Part shown: piece after piece, positions 1 through 13,802 of the stretch
Numbering within the stretch: the first letter of the stretch is position 1
Layout: each line of letters starts with the position of its first letter
Source: Octopus sinensis
Lineage: Eukaryota
Length of the DNA: 64,000 bases
Assembly: GCF_006345805.1 (NCBI RefSeq)
Contig: NW_021832532.1
Location: forward strand, 1 to 64,000
Direction: 5' to 3'
Position numbers and translations under genes: made by a program
Notes under the pieces: model-generated
What the model saw: only the letters and a program-made list of their open reading frames with translations
Told to the model about the DNA's origin: nothing
Databases searched by the model: none

Positions 1-920
1 CTCAAGTTTTGGGAGTTTATTCTCTGTTGTTTGAATGGTATGCGGTCTTGCATTGTCTTGCTGTAGTAGAGCTCACTTTCTGTTAACCAGTGCTGGGTGT
101 CTTTGCTGCATAATTGCATAATCCTCTCCTGCTGTTTGGAGTACAGATTAGCACCAATATTTCAACCATCTGGGATGAACTTATAGTGAATTATCTCCTC
201 ATAATTCCATGCAGAACATCACCTTGTGTTCAGAATGCTCATGTTTTGTGACAGGTTCCAGAAGCTGGCTCTTGCTTAATCAATACTTATGCATGGATTG
301 TGGAAAATATTCACATTCTATTGCATGTTACTATCCTCTTAAGGAACTGCAGATTATGCAGATTTTCCAGGAGTTCCTTGCAAAACATTCACTTGCTCTG
401 TACATGAGCTGGGCTCATTCTATGAGGCTGAATTGAGCAGCTCCAGTTGTTTTTGCTGAGGTTGCAAAGGTGACTAGCCACACTGGACTATAAGAGGCTG
501 AACTTGCCTGTACTCTCCAAGTGCTACTTACTGGATTTACTTTTATAGCTTGGAGCATGGCCTCAGAATCTATGGTTTTAGGCCTGCCTGACCTTATCTG
601 ATTGTCGTGGTTCTTGCAATCTGAGTGAAAATTCTTGAATCATCTGGTTACTGTACTGTGATCAACTGCACCTTCACATTTTGTGCAACAAATGTTTTTG
701 GCCCAGTTTGAACACAAAGCATATATTCCTGAATTAGACTTCATTGCACATTCAAATCACATGTGGAGGGAAACAATGTACAACACATCAGTGCACTACC
801 ATGATGCTACCAACCTCAGCATTACCTTCCACAGCTTGAACTATTTCAGGTATACAATAGAAACACCTAGCAAACTAACCGGTATGTAAATATTGCAAAA
901 CTTTTAACTTGCCTTTGTAC
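1..920 (-). mobile_element. Degenerate mariner-type transposon fragment
   Basis: Minus strand at about 40-90 reads LVNRK*ALLQQDNARP (second catalytic D motif of mariner transposases). Heavily disrupted; ends approximate. Confidence 0.6.
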
Positions 921-1352
921 AGACATACATGCATACACACAACCACACCTGTCTGTGTGGTTAAGAAACTTGCTTCTCAGTCATATAGTCATGGTTTTGT
1001 GTGTGTGTGTGTAATTTAATAGAAGTTTTGATTTGTGTGGCCTTTTGACTCTTCTGTATTGTAGAACTTAGAAACTTGTCCCTTCATCTATAATTGGAGA
1101 TGTCTCTAAATACTAGAAAAAAGATTGGGGAAGAAAGAAAAGACAAAAAGTAAAACAAAAGGAGGAATCATAATAGTTTGAAAGGAGAGAGAAAGATAGT
1201 TAGCTTAAGGTGTTGTGATCAATTTTAAGGGGGTATGTGACTTAGCTTGACAAGGTGATATCTACCTGATTGATTGGGTTTCTGTATGTGTGTAATGTTG
1301 TTATTTTGAATTTTATGAATATATTTTTCTTCTTTTTATTTTATCATTGTAG

Positions 1353-1421
1353 GACAAGTCTGATTTTATATGCAGTTAATAATGCAACTAAACAGGTAGT
1401 TCCTGCTAAAGATCTTCTAAA
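1353..1421 (+). CDS. Cadherin gene 1 exon (membrane-proximal ectodomain): TSLILYAVNNATKQVVPAKDLL
   Basis: Polypyrimidine tract plus AG (1351-52), donor GTGAGT at 1422, phase 2-2; splices in frame to 3754. Confidence 0.8.
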
Positions 1422-3753
1422 GTGAGTCACAGTTTTAGTATTCTATTTATGTCTTAAAATTAATAAACATATTATTCAAAATATAGCGATAGAACTTTTG
1501 TATCAGGCATAACTTTGTATTCTTAGTTTACACACAAGTCTCTGTTCAAACTAAAGCCTACTTTCCAACCATTGTTCTATATATCTGAGAAAATGTCCAG
1601 CATACAAATAGGTAAAATATTGAACATTTGCTCTTTTAGATTTTTAAGTTTGTATGTAATATCAAGTTATATTTGTTTCCTTTTAGCTGTAGCTATGGGT
1701 TGTATAACCCGTTAAATGCTAGGAGCCCTACTGAAGACTGTCTCATCTTGTATATGTAAAATGTGCCATGATAGAACTCATCACTCTCCAAGCTATAATT
1801 ATAATGGTTTGAACCCTGCTTTTGATGTTAACAGATGTAATCTGTCTCTTTGCTTTATACCTATTCACAGGTAGATGGAATGAAATGGCCAGAGTTTGGC
1901 TATGTAGACTGTGAAATGGTGATGAAGCAATTCCTACATTCTGTCAATATAGCTATCTATAATTTCTAATGTACATCCTCACAAAAACGCCATTTGACTC
2001 CATTGACATGAAGTTATTCACCATCACACAACTGCTCTGGCCCACAAACATGCTGTCTCCGCCCTGTCTTTTCTCCCACTACTACATTGGCTGCTGTTTC
2101 TTGAAGATTGCTGGTCTTATGCAACTTATACTCTGGCGCTTCCAGTGCATTTGCCTCTTATCCTTTCATCTCCCATATTGTTTTCACCATCCCCATCCAT
2201 CTGCCTGCATTGCACTAATCCCTATATTTAGTTCTATCAGAACGCCACTCCTCTTAAATTGCATCCTTGTACATGTTTTTTCCTCCAAATTTCCTGAAAA
2301 AGAATATTAATCAGACCGATCTTAGTAGTCCTGAATGTCTTGCAAAGGTCTTGGGCATTGCCCATGCTTCTGGATTAAACTAATAAAAGAAAATATAAAC
2401 TCTTTGCAAAAAACAAAAACAAAAAACCCCTTTTGGGACTAATTAGTGACAAATTTGAAATTTATTGCCTTTTTTATTCCCTTACAAAATAAGACTAGGC
2501 AAATGGATGAAATATAAGCTTTTCAGTTTAATTTTTGTAGTTTATCAACGACTAGTGGTGTTTCTCTGGGTTATAATCACTAAATGCTTGTTAGTTTGAA
2601 ACTCTGTTTTAAGGTTAGAACAATTCATTACTGAATCAAAGAACTGGTGATTGAAAACTCTTTTTCATTAAGTTAGTTACACCCAGCTCCCCTTGAAGAA
2701 ACTTGTGACATGAAATTTACTGACTTAATGTTTGAGAGATAGGCCATACTTCAATCTAAGCTAGTATTATATACTATAATGTGATTGTAGAGAATCAAGT
2801 ATCATAATGTGAGCTTACTGTATTCTAAGATTTTGCTGGTAGTTGTAACTTTGCATGTTTTACAAAACAAATTAGAAGGCCAAAGATAAAAAGATAACTG
2901 AGTAATTATATGTTATATTCATCTTAGGTATTTAAAGAACTTAGGGTGGCTGATATTCTGAGTGTAAATGCTTTGATTCAACTGACTCTTAGCAAATCCA
3001 CAATGAAGAGACTTTCGTGAAATCTCATGTTATTTTGCAAAAGAAGTATGTTATAGGTGTTTGAAAATTAGATTTACACAAAATCTGAGTGGTAAAGTAC
3101 TTGACTATTTACTCTTAGAGTGCAGATTAAAACACAAAGTATTTCATTAGACTTTTAAACTAAATATATTATATATTTTAGCATTGTGTACTGTAAAGGC
3201 AACCAAATATTATTTTTATTTGCTTCCAAAAATCAAAAATATGTAAAGGTGATCTTAGAATTATTGAAAATGTTGACATTAAATAAAATGCTTTTATTTC
3301 ATTTTTGCAAGATTCATAATGCAAAATTGTATATTGAAACAGATGTTGTTTGTATTTTTTGGTGGGGGTCATTTTGCTAATAAGAGCTACACACACTGGT
3401 TCTATTTCACCAAGGACTTTCTATTCCTGTATGCAGTCTCAGAGAAAGGAACAAATTTGATGAGATGGAAAACAGTGATGAAAAGATTTTGACAAACGAA
3501 AAACCAATTAGCTTATTGGTTAATTGAATCTCTAGTTGAGTAAAGAAATAGAATAGAACCAATGCATGTGTTTCTTAAAGGCAAACTGTTCCTTCTAAGA
3601 CTATAAAAGAAAACTTATATATTTTATATTTGTATGAAGTTCCACTATGTACCTCATGAATAACTAGATAATGAATTTTACTTTGCTTTATGTAGAAAAT
3701 ATGTAGAAAACCAAGAAACTACTAAATTCATGTTTGATTATTTTCATTAATAG

Positions 3754-3820
3754 AATCCTTGATAAGAACAGAGTTTTAAATGCAGAGAGGTTTGAAAATT
3801 TTGCAGTAGAGAGAGTTAAG
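3754..3820 (+). CDS. Cadherin gene 1 exon: (K)ILDKNRVLNAERFENFAVERVK
   Basis: TAG acceptor, AG|GTAGGA donor; phase 2-0 exactly bridges the 1421 donor and the 9142 acceptor. Confidence 0.8.
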
Positions 3821-4439
3821 GTAGGAAACTGATTTCAGATTTTGAATGGTAAATGTTTTGTATTCCTCTTGTAAAGATTGGAGAGATTTTCACCAGGATA
3901 CAGGGGTCATATAGATTAGTAAGAAGCTTTATTTGGAACACAGGAAATAAGATCTATTCTTTAAAAGATAATTATCTTCAGCAATGTTAATGCTTGATTT
4001 TGGCTTGGTTATTTAGAAACTGGTATAATCACATATACTAGTGTAAAGATCACTTGACATGCTTCATAAGCTTCTTCACCAGTACATGTAGATTTACATA
4101 GTTTCATTTAACAATATCTGGTTTTCTGTTAGATAGTTCTATGTGATATCTTGTTTAATGATAATTTAATCTTTTATTTTAATATATCGAAATGATGAAT
4201 TGTCAGAAAAAGTTCAAATCTTGTTGAGATCAACTCTGCCTTTTATCCTTCCAAGGCAGATAAAATAAATTTCAAGCCAGGTGATGGGGTTGATATACAA
4301 ATTGGCAGTTTTCCTCCTGCCAAATTTCAGGTCTTGTGCTGAAAGTAAAAAACAATCATCAACATTTTCACCATCGCTAACACTAACACCACCACCACCA
4401 CTACCTTCTAGATTTACACCTTCACACCTTCTAGATTCT

Positions 4440-5160
4440 ATTACTCTGTCAGTCTGAATATTAAAATCCTACTTTCTAACACTGCTAGGTTTATGTTCAT
4501 AACCATGCATTTGTATGGTCAAATCCTAGCTTTCTATATAACTCCCTGTGGATTATTCTTCCTAGGCTGTCATGTCTTTTCTTGTATTCTTTCTGTGCAG
4601 GCAAGCTACATTTGTTTACTATATGAGTAACACTTTCCTCTTTTGATTTACATACCCTACATTGGGAATCTACCAGGTTTTTATCTATCTTGGCTTTTAT
4701 CTTGTTCTACTGCTAACAAACTTTCTGTCTCCATTTTCAGCCTTACTTTCTGCAACCACAATCATGTCTTACTATTTCTATTTTCTGCCACACTCTGTGG
4801 AAACCTACCATTCAAAGCCTTCTTTTGCCTGTCAGATTATGTTGCTTCTTTTTTCTTGTTTTTAACCTCATTTAGCTTTTTGGTTTCCCTAACTCCTGCT
4901 GTTACTCTAGTAGCTCTTGATAAAATTTTCTCACTCTTTCCTACATAGGAGGCTATATCTACTTTAGCTAACTCTACACAGTCTTCTATTGATATTAAAC
5001 CCTTACCACCTTCCTTTCTAGGTAAATATAGTCTTGCTACTCCTGCTCTTGGATGAAGTCCTTCATTCATATTGAATTTATTCCTAGTTGTTCTGTTTAG
5101 ATTTGCTAATTCAGAGTTTGCTAATTCAGCTACTGGAATATCTAAGATCTGAGCCATTTA
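4440..5160 (-). mobile_element. Dong/R4-like non-LTR retrotransposon fragment (post-RT region)
   Basis: ORF 4837..5157: LHPRAGVARLYLPRKEGGKGLISIEDCV, typical thumb region of R4/Dong-type RLE-LINEs. Confidence 0.7.
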
Positions 5161-5169
5161 GTTTTGAAT

Positions 5170-8100
5170 ACATTGTTGTGTTTGCATTTGTACTTTTTCT
5201 TTGTTAGAGTTTCACAAGCACTAAAGTGTGAGGTACGTCTTCGACCTCCTTCTCACACACTTTGCATAGGATCATTGCACTTGTGTGGAATGTATCCCTT
5301 TTCACTTAGTTGGTATTCAATGCCTATTCCTGGGCTTTCAGTCTTCTTTTGAAGGTCACTTTCACTGAGCTATTTCCATGATGATTCCTGGTCTTTTAAG
5401 TTGTTAGTTTCATGGTGGAACTGACCATGTAATTCCATGTGGAATAGTGTTTCTTCTCTGTTGTTGGCTATTCATGATCAGAATCCATTAACACTCTCAA
5501 CTCCATTGTTAGTAAATCCTTCTGCAGCATACTGTAGCAGGTCTTGTTTGCTGTTTACCAAATACTCTGCCACATTTCTTCTTTCACTGTCGATGCACTC
5601 CCATATGCCAATTAGGCCCTATCCACCTTTACATCTCTCCATGTATAGCCTGTGGTACATATGCCTTAGGGTGGAAGGTACCATGAAAGGTCATAGTCTT
5701 TTAGGTAGTGCGATTGAGCTGGTCAATCTTCGCTCGTTTCCATTTTAGAAAGGATGCAGTATAGTGGACTGCTATATTGATAACCATTGAACTTTGACTT
5801 CAAAAGAAGTTTGAGGCACTTCAGATATGTAGTAGTGACCTTGTCTTTCATTTCTCTGTGCAAGATATTGTCCAGCTCTAAGGTACCCATCAATATCCAG
5901 GTTTCCCATTTGCCCTCCATTTGGCAGTTCTATGCCCCTACAATCTACTCTTTCCCAATATTACAAAGTGAGCACCACACACTTTGAGATCCCAATTCCA
6001 TTCCTATATCCTTACAGTACATCTGTACTATCTGAACTAGCCTCTCCATTTCAGGCTCAGTTTTTGAAAACAGTTTAAATTATCCATGAAGAGAAGATGG
6101 TTGAGATGAGGTCAATTCTTCCTTAGCACATCGTGCATGTTCACTTTGCTTAGAACTACAGAAAGGAGGATCAAGGCTGTAATAAATAGCAAAGGTGAAC
6201 AAGAATCTCCCTGGAAGATCACTTTTTGGATTGTTACCTTGGCAAAGTGCTGGTTGCTACAGAAAAGACATGTTTTCCAACTAGGCATGCTGTTCTTGAT
6301 CAGTGCATGCAGGTTCTCAGCTATTCCACACATGTCAAGTGTTTCCAGAATCCATGAATGCAGCAACATGTAAGTTTTTTAAAAGTCTATCCAGGCTGTG
6401 CCCAAGTTTTTTTCGGTACAATTTGCAATTCATCATTATGACCTTTTCTACCACAAGCTGGTCTTTGATGCTCTTGGATCCTTTTCAGCATCCCCTTTGT
6501 TCTACTGGAAGTAGATTGTTTTCCACAAGGAACGTATATATTTTCCCTTCAAGGATGCCTGTTAACATTTTTCATAAAAGGTTAAGACAAGCAATGGGTC
6601 AGTAATCGTCAATCTCATTTCCCTTTGACTGATTCTTCATCAACAATGTAGTTTTCCTCTCTACAATCTATTCTGGAACTACACTACTCTGCAGGCGATT
6701 GTCTAAACCATTTTGTGTGTTGACCTAAATCACTTGATCCAGTAGCCTTGGATTCCATCCGACTCTGCTGCTCTCCAGTTGGTAATTTTGATACCTATGT
6801 AATTACATTTTCCATTGTTATGCATACATGATCTTGCGTTGGAACTTCAAGATGATGGAATTCAGATGTCATGGAATTAATCTACTCAGCACTGTGGTTG
6901 TGGGAAACTTCTTGCCTCCAGGTGTTATTCCAAAATTGGCAGGTTATCTCTATTTCAGGAGATATTTTATCTCCCGTGTCTTCACCTAAACCCTTTAGAA
7001 ACTTCCCATTGGTTATGTGTGAATAACCTGTTTTGATGGAATTATGATATACTATCAGTGTAGCATTGCACCTTCAATGTTTTTGCCAGAATACATTGTT
7101 TTAGGGTTTCAATAACAGTTTTGAACCCTTTCTTTTCAACATGGTATTGTTTCAAGATATTTCCTCACACCTTCTTTAGTATGTTTCAATTGCCTTTGGA
7201 CCATTCTTCTATGTGACTCAGATCTCTTTGCAAGGATTTAATATCATCTTTGATTTTCTGCTTCTACCATGGCTCCTCGTGTCTGCCTGATTTCCCCTCT
7301 TTTTTTCCAACCAGTTCATCTACTAAAAGTGGATCTAATCAAGTCCCTTGTTACTGATAAAGCTCTCACTGAACTATACTTCAGGATCTCATTAACCTTT
7401 TGTGTTACACATTTCACACTGTCATGGTCGAGTTCATAGTGACAATTGCCCTGCTGCCTTCCTTTAATTGGGCAGGCAAGGCAGTTTTCCTTTACAAGCT
7501 TGTAACTTTGCAGTTCAGCAAAAGAGACCAATAGAATAAGTACAAGGCTTAGCAAAAAGAATAAGTACTGGAGTCAACTCATTCAACTAAAATTTTTCAA
7601 GGTGGTACCCCAGCATGGCTGCAGTTTAATGACTGAAACAAGTAAAGGATAAATGATAAAAGATTGAGGGACCCTAGACATCCATGAAGATGAACTGACT
7701 GTTCTATTCCAGAGGACTTTCTGGTTGGGGACTACTACGGATAATTTTTGATCTGGTAGTGCTACCACTTTGAGATAAACTCTACAGGAATGGATGTGCT
7801 GTCGGAAGGACTTGTCCAAGGTGCACAGAGAGTAACAAAACCATTCTGCATGCACTCATTCAGTGTCTGGGTATTACTGACTTGTAGAGTTATGTCCAAC
7901 AGCTGCTGTTACATGTGGGATGGATCTGTCTGTTGTCCAAGTACATAGTGATGCTTGCCCTACTGCCCACCTTCAATTTGGCAGTCAAGGTTGTTTTCAT
8001 TTGCCTTGTGTCTGTGGTGAAAGAGGTTGTCTGGTAAATGAGGTTGAAAGGAATAAAGACAGAGACATTCTTCTTTGGTAAAACCCTGATCAACTTTTTC

Positions 8101-8400
8101 AAGTTTCACTTGAAAAGGAAAATGAGAGTGGAGAGGGAGGTGCTGTCCTCAAGAAAATTTATCAAAAGTTGTGAAAATGGCAAGAGTGGATGGTACTGCT
8201 CAAAGTGTAGACTTGTGAGTCAGAGGAAAAGAATTGGAAATAGCATTTGTCCTTGGTATTCAGGGTGATCTTGGATGGTGAGATTTCATTATTATCCCGA
8301 GAGGCCCTTGTAATTTTCTTTATTATTCTTTCTTCTTAGTGCTGTATACTATGTATATGTCCCTTGTTTTAATGAATACCATGTATACTTTTCCTTTAAC
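5170..8400 (-). mobile_element. Degenerate Dong/R4-like LINE, interrupted by a SINE
   Basis: Minus-strand RT motifs NWRAAESDGIQGYWIK (about 6735-6782), HSWILETL...QGDSCSPLLF (6112-6369), NHLLFMD (about 6083-6103); many stops and frameshifts. Confidence 0.75.
7497..7662 (+). mobile_element. SINE 3' half inserted in the LINE
   Basis: Matches 48360-48500 (caaaagagac..atagaataagtac...ccagcatggc.gcagt...tgactgaaacaa). Confidence 0.7.
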
Positions 8401-8470
8401 TTTTTTTTAACATTCCGTTATATGTAAACCTCTGATGCCTGTCTCTCTACTCCCCCCCTCATCCTTCGCC

Positions 8471-8530
8471 CTTGTTGTTTTTGTTGTTGTTGTTGTTGTT
8501 GTTGTTGTTCTTCTTCTTCTTCTTCTTCTT

Positions 8531-8579
<49 letters not shown>
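8471..8579. repeat. Compound microsatellite (TTG)n(TTC)n(TTA)n
   Basis: Directly visible. Confidence 0.95.
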
Positions 8580-8580
<1 letters not shown>

Positions 8581-8775
8581 GGCACCAAGCTGGCAGAAAA
8601 GTTAGCTTGCCAGGTGAAATACTTAGCGATATTTCATCTGCCATTATGTTCTGAGTTCAAATTCCACCAAGGTCGACTTTGCCGTTAATCCTCACAATGC
8701 CCAGTCTGGGAATCGAAACCGCATTCTCACAACTGTGAGTTCGCTGTCCTAACCACTGGGCCATTGCGCATCTAC
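8580..8775. mobile_element. Two SINE heads joined in opposite orientation
   Basis: 8580-8690 matches the + strand SINE at 17385-17590; 8692-8775 is the reverse complement of the tRNA-like head at 35158-35240. Confidence 0.7.
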
Positions 8776-9141
8776 TGGTTGTTGTTGTTGCTGTTCTTGC
8801 TGCTGTTATTATTATTGTTAGGGCAGTTGATTGTCAAAATCATTACAGTGTCAGAGACCAAATCCTTGTGGTATTTGCATTGGTTCTTTACATTCTGAAG
8901 TCAAATCTTGTCCAGGGTACCTTTGCTGTTTGTTCATCCCTCCAGAGGCAATGTAATAAAGTACCAATGAAGTACAAGGATCAGTTTAATTAACTAACCC
9001 CCTCCCAACAAATTGCTGGATCTCTGCCTCAATTAGAAATTATTATTTAATTATTGATGTCGTTCTTATGTGATTTTTGTTTATGTTTATGTTTACTGTT
9101 CTGTAAAAATCCTTATTGATCGATATTTCTTGCTCTTCTAG

Positions 9142-9266
9142 GAATCTGAACCATTTGTAACTGTTGACAGCAAGGAAAAGGATTTCATAATTTTTATTAC
9201 GGTCATTGTGGTGTTGGTTTTCATATTGACCGTTACGATGATTCTATTTTATGCAAGTAATCGCAG
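9142..9266 (+). CDS. Cadherin gene 1 transmembrane exon: ESEPFVTVDSKEKDFIIFITVIVVLVFILTVTMILFYASNR(R)
   Basis: CTAG acceptor, AG|GTTGGT donor; 23-aa hydrophobic helix followed by basic stop-transfer residues. Confidence 0.88.
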
Positions 9267-9370
9267 GTTGGTAGTTCTCAGACTGATGAACTCATTTTTT
9301 TAAATGCATTGACAAAATTTGAAACAGAGAGTATTATCATCCATGAGACATTCATATTTTAAAAGAATGT

Positions 9371-9577
9371 TTAAGCCTTTTGTTAACTTATTTCTGTTGA
9401 AATACAACGACCTTTGTTTTAATTAAGTTTGAAAATAACAAAAAATTCAGTAAAATAACTTTGTTATCATTAAAGTGATGTTTAACATGAAAGATTTCGT
9501 TTAGATTACTTTAAACAGGAAGTTTATATTATAGAACCAGGGGCAGTCTTAGGTGGATTTGTTATTAAAATGGTTAA
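9371..9577. mobile_element. MITE with TTAA-type ends (piggyBac-like); second copy at about 52265-52483
   Basis: ttaagccttt...aaatggttaa termini; internal sequence repeated at about 52270-52480. Confidence 0.55.
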
Positions 9578-10559
9578 GAAGATTACAAAATATTGAAATC
9601 TCAGGCATCACCCCAAAATAGATTCTATGAAAGATAGGTAAGTGTGACAAAATTGGCATTGATAAACATGATGAAGTTATAGATGCAACAGTGATGATGT
9701 TTAGGTAGGATACATGTTGTCAACTGATTTGGACCACTCAATGGAGGTGTTTTTTTTATAAAATAAGCAAAGCAAAACAATTTTCTGTTGCTATGTTGTT
9801 ATTTCAATAGTTTACAACTTACATTAATTTTTTCCTTCTTTTTGTTACCTTTTTTATTAACACATTTTAAAGAGTTTATAGCTGATAAAAGAGAATCATT
9901 ACTAGCAACAGTACCCACAGATATTCTGTGGTTGTTTTGAAAACCATAAGATAGTTGGATGTTTATTAATAAATAGTAGTCTCAGATTCAAGAAAAACAT
10001 TTCTGCCATTTCAAGGTGAACAACATGCACAGATGATCTGCTTGCAGCTGCATATTGTGTTTTTCTATCTATTGGATAACAATGTGCAGATCTGATTGGA
10101 TATTTGCTTGGTCTCCTCTCCTGTCGATGACCTTCAGAAACTTAGAGTCATCTGCACAAATTCAAATGCTGTCATGTTTGATGATGAAAATAAAGTCATT
10201 GATATAAATAAAGAAGAGAAATGGGCCCAATTCAGTACCTTGTGGGACTAATGACTCTTGGTAAGCTCGATGTCACATAGCTAGCACCCATGTCGGTGGC
10301 ATGCAAAAGTACGCATTACACTCTCAGAGTGATTGGTATTAGGAAGAGCATTCAGCCGTATAAGCCATGCCAAATCGGACAGGAGTTTCGTACAGCCCCT
10401 CAACTTACCAGTCCTGGTTAAACAGTCCAACCCTTGCTACAGACTTTAAATGATGATGAGGATATATATATATATATATATAATATATATATATATACTA
10501 TATTATATATTATTTTATGTACATAGCTAAGTAGTATATCCTTGGTTGTGGTATATAAC

Positions 10560-11150
10560 CGGTCAGAAAGTTACCATTGGCTTCACATCTACTATTGTGA
10601 TACAGGCAACTCATCTGATCTACTGGCTGGAAGTGCTTAGCTTCTTTACCAATGGAATATACAGTTTTGGTCAGTTTGGTGGTGGAAAAAACTAAAATGA
10701 GAAAACCTTTTCCGAAAGAAAGAAGAGTTATCTCCCTTTGAACGATTTATGCTGTAGCAGAAATGGGTCAGTTTGTGTATTCTTTTTCTGTTCTCTAATC
10801 TGCAAATGGAGACCACATTTCCAAAGCAAATTTTCTGACATAAGGGCATCAGCTAAAAGCATCACTATCTGAATTCATGAAAATTTCTAGATCATGCGAA
10901 ATTTTAGTAATTTTCCTCTCTGCCAAGGAAAGTTTGCAGTATCTGCTTCCATTGAGGTATGGCCCTGATTGTTCAAGCAGCTTCCAGTTAATTTTGTATG
11001 GCATTCTCTCTTTCTTTAATCGCCGTATGTTGCTGGGTAATACTGTAACATTGCACCTCTCTGGGGTCCTAAAAGAGGACATGTGGTTATTTAACCTTGA
11101 TCTTAAAGGAACTCTCTATTGCTCCAACATATTTTTGTGCATGTGTCCTT
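10560..11150 (-). mobile_element. Penelope-like element 3' fragment (GIY-YIG C-terminus, Naiad-like)
   Basis: ORF 10849..11082: HMSSFR...INWKLLEQSGPYLNGSRYCKLSLAE; decayed hammerhead-like motif at about 10570-10618. Confidence 0.7.
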
Positions 11151-11199
11151 TTGTTACTGTTACTGTAGGTCACCTCTGCTTATAACTTATGGATATATA

Positions 11200-12830
11200 T
11201 ATATACTACAGCAACCAATACTTACACTTATATTGGCTGCTCTGTAAACTTTAAGGAGCGCTTACACAACCACTATTCATCTTTTAAATTAAGATATAGG
11301 GCTGGCAGGACGTCTCTAACCGTGAAGATCTGGGAGCTCAAAAATGATGTTGTTAAATTTGATTTAAGTTGGGACATAATTAAGGTCACTAAACCATACT
11401 TAAACGATAGATATGGATGCAGACTTTGCTGCATGGAGCTGTTCGAAATGTTAAGGAGATCTAATAGTGAAAATCGATTAAATAATAAACTAGACCTTCA
11501 CCTTTCCTGTATACATAAGGTTACCTGCATGTTCAAATACTTTAAGGACATTACACAACCTTGATAACAGCTCCAAGCCTAAGTCCCATCCTATTTTATT
11601 CCATCTCTTGTGAACCCTTTAGCCCTTTGATCTACCCTTTAGTTACAAGTCCTCCTAGTCTCAGTTTCCCCCATCCTTTTACCTATACCTTCCAATCACT
11701 CTTACTATACTTGATTAGTATGCTATATCAAAAGAACATACCTTCCTCTCTGTTTCATACCTGTTTTTTGCAATAGTGATCACAATGATACTTAACCTTT
11801 AGTAACAGCCTACACACAAAAGATTCTTCCTTTCCATTTATACCACTTATATACTCCTTACATTAACATACAGTTCTGTGCAGTACTTATATTGATATTA
11901 TATTGATATATTAAATATTGTCTTGACTTGTTTCACCTGATTCACTCTAAGATGATTATACCATCTAAATTTTGATATCAATACCAACCCTTTAACATTC
12001 CATCGTTAATCATTAGACCTCTCCCTATGGCTGGCTTTCCTTGGTATCTGATCTAATATTTCCCTCTAACCCCATACTAGGTGTAGTTCATTATATAACC
12101 CTGTCCGGCTTTAAATTTTAAGTTTTAAATTTATTTATTGTAAATTTCAAACTCCTTACATTGCATTCTACCTTACTACAACATCAATTCCATAAAGCTT
12201 GATGGCCGTACTCGCTCCATCCATTGTCCACTGTATACCCCTAAGTTTTCTGTTTCTTTTACTATTAGATAGAGATTCCTATATCACGATTCTACTCTGA
12301 ATTGAGTTGTATATTGTTATTGTATTTCCTTATGTTTTCATTTATATTGTTATTTTTACCCTTGTTATCTATTTTTCTTTTTTAATTTTCTTTCACCCTA
12401 CAGTTGATTCATTTATTTCTTTTTTTTCCTTAATAATTTATGACCTCTCCAAATCACCACCATTCTTACACGACAATTATCTTAAAAAACCCACTTAAAT
12501 CTATCTTTGTTCTAGTCTAACAGACTCCTTCTCTCTCGGGGCACTGACCTTAGATATCATTACACTTTCTTGAGAACTACATTTTAATGGCTAACATTGT
12601 TAGTCATTTCCCTTTTCAAAGTTTGGCCTTGACAGATATATCTCTGCTGTTTTCCTGTGGTATCCCTTCGTTCTGTAAAAATTATGTTCTCATCTGATGA
12701 GTATGGTCTTTTATAATGATGTAATGTTCTCATTCTTCATTAAGAGTTACGTAAAAAACAGCTGTAATGAGCTGACACATTGTGCATTTTTTATTCATCT
12801 GATTATAAAACACCAAGGGAATTTACAATT
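11200..12830 (+). mobile_element. Penelope-like element 3' part (GIY-YIG endonuclease, long 3' UTR, decayed hammerhead)
   Basis: YTYIGCSVNFKERLHNHYSSF...WDII...PY...CRLCCME...LNNK...CIHK (about 11223-11520); ctcat-CTGATGAG...AAAA-cagctg-TA-atgag at 12689-12771. Confidence 0.8.
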
Positions 12831-13065
12831 TCTTGGCACCCTAGAGTATACCAACAACATACTACTCTAAGTAACATGTAGTGTAGACAAGTTCCTTAGG
12901 CACTAGATACTCATAGGTTTGGCTTTCTCTGAGTACGAAACTGAAATATCCTACTCGATGTCTTGACTCCAACCAACCATTGGCTGGAACCACAGATAGT
13001 ACTCAATCCTACCTGGTGCATACCTTTCAAGTACCTGATTCTATTGGAATCCTCATCTTAATTCT

Positions 13066-13096
<31 letters not shown>

Positions 13097-13662
13097 TATA
13101 CAATTTTAAGTAGAGATTATTATCTTTAACAATATCCAGAAACAGGCTAGAAATAAAGTACTCTAACTGAGCTAATTTCCAATTTATGATTTCAATGGAG
13201 GCAATACCAGCAGAAAACTAGAGGAACTTGACCTATCATCCAATTGGTTTCTACTCATTTATTTGAATAAACTCCTGTATCTTTTGAAATAAAGAGTCAT
13301 ATAGATGTATAGAAATGACTTCAACATGGCTATTGTTGAGCATGCATTTATGTTTATCTTTGGTATGCAGATTGAGTAATACTGTACATTTTTTATGGTA
13401 TTTATTCCAATGTACTTCTATTTGCTCTGCTAAAATCTTGACTGTTGCACCAATGTATGCTGTGGTTGAGTTCTTAGACTTGCCTGCTATACATTAAATG
13501 GTAAACTAGTTTACCATTTAAAATATATACATTATAAGACATTAAATCTAAAGGATTGCCATCCAGACAAATACAAAGATTATAGTATGTCACCTACCTT
13601 ATGTTCGTATGCACATCTACATTTATTGTTGGAAAATACAAGCATCTCCACTAAAATATTCC

Positions 13663-13715
<53 letters not shown>

Positions 13716-13761
13716 GAAATATTTGTTTGTCTGTTCACTGCTTATTTCCATTTCTTTTCAG

Positions 13762-13802
13762 ATATACCAGGAAATTAAGAGCAGCTAAAACCACTGTATA
13801 TG
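13762..13802 (+). CDS. Cadherin gene 1 juxtamembrane exon: YTRKLRAAKTTVY
   Basis: TTTTCAG acceptor, G|GTAAGT donor, phase 2-1; Y-x-RKL-x-A motif as in CDHR2/Cad87A-type tails. Confidence 0.88.

Noticed and set aside
1830-2390. Possible old LINE endonuclease fragment on the minus strand
   Set aside because: Too degenerate for me to support with clear motifs.
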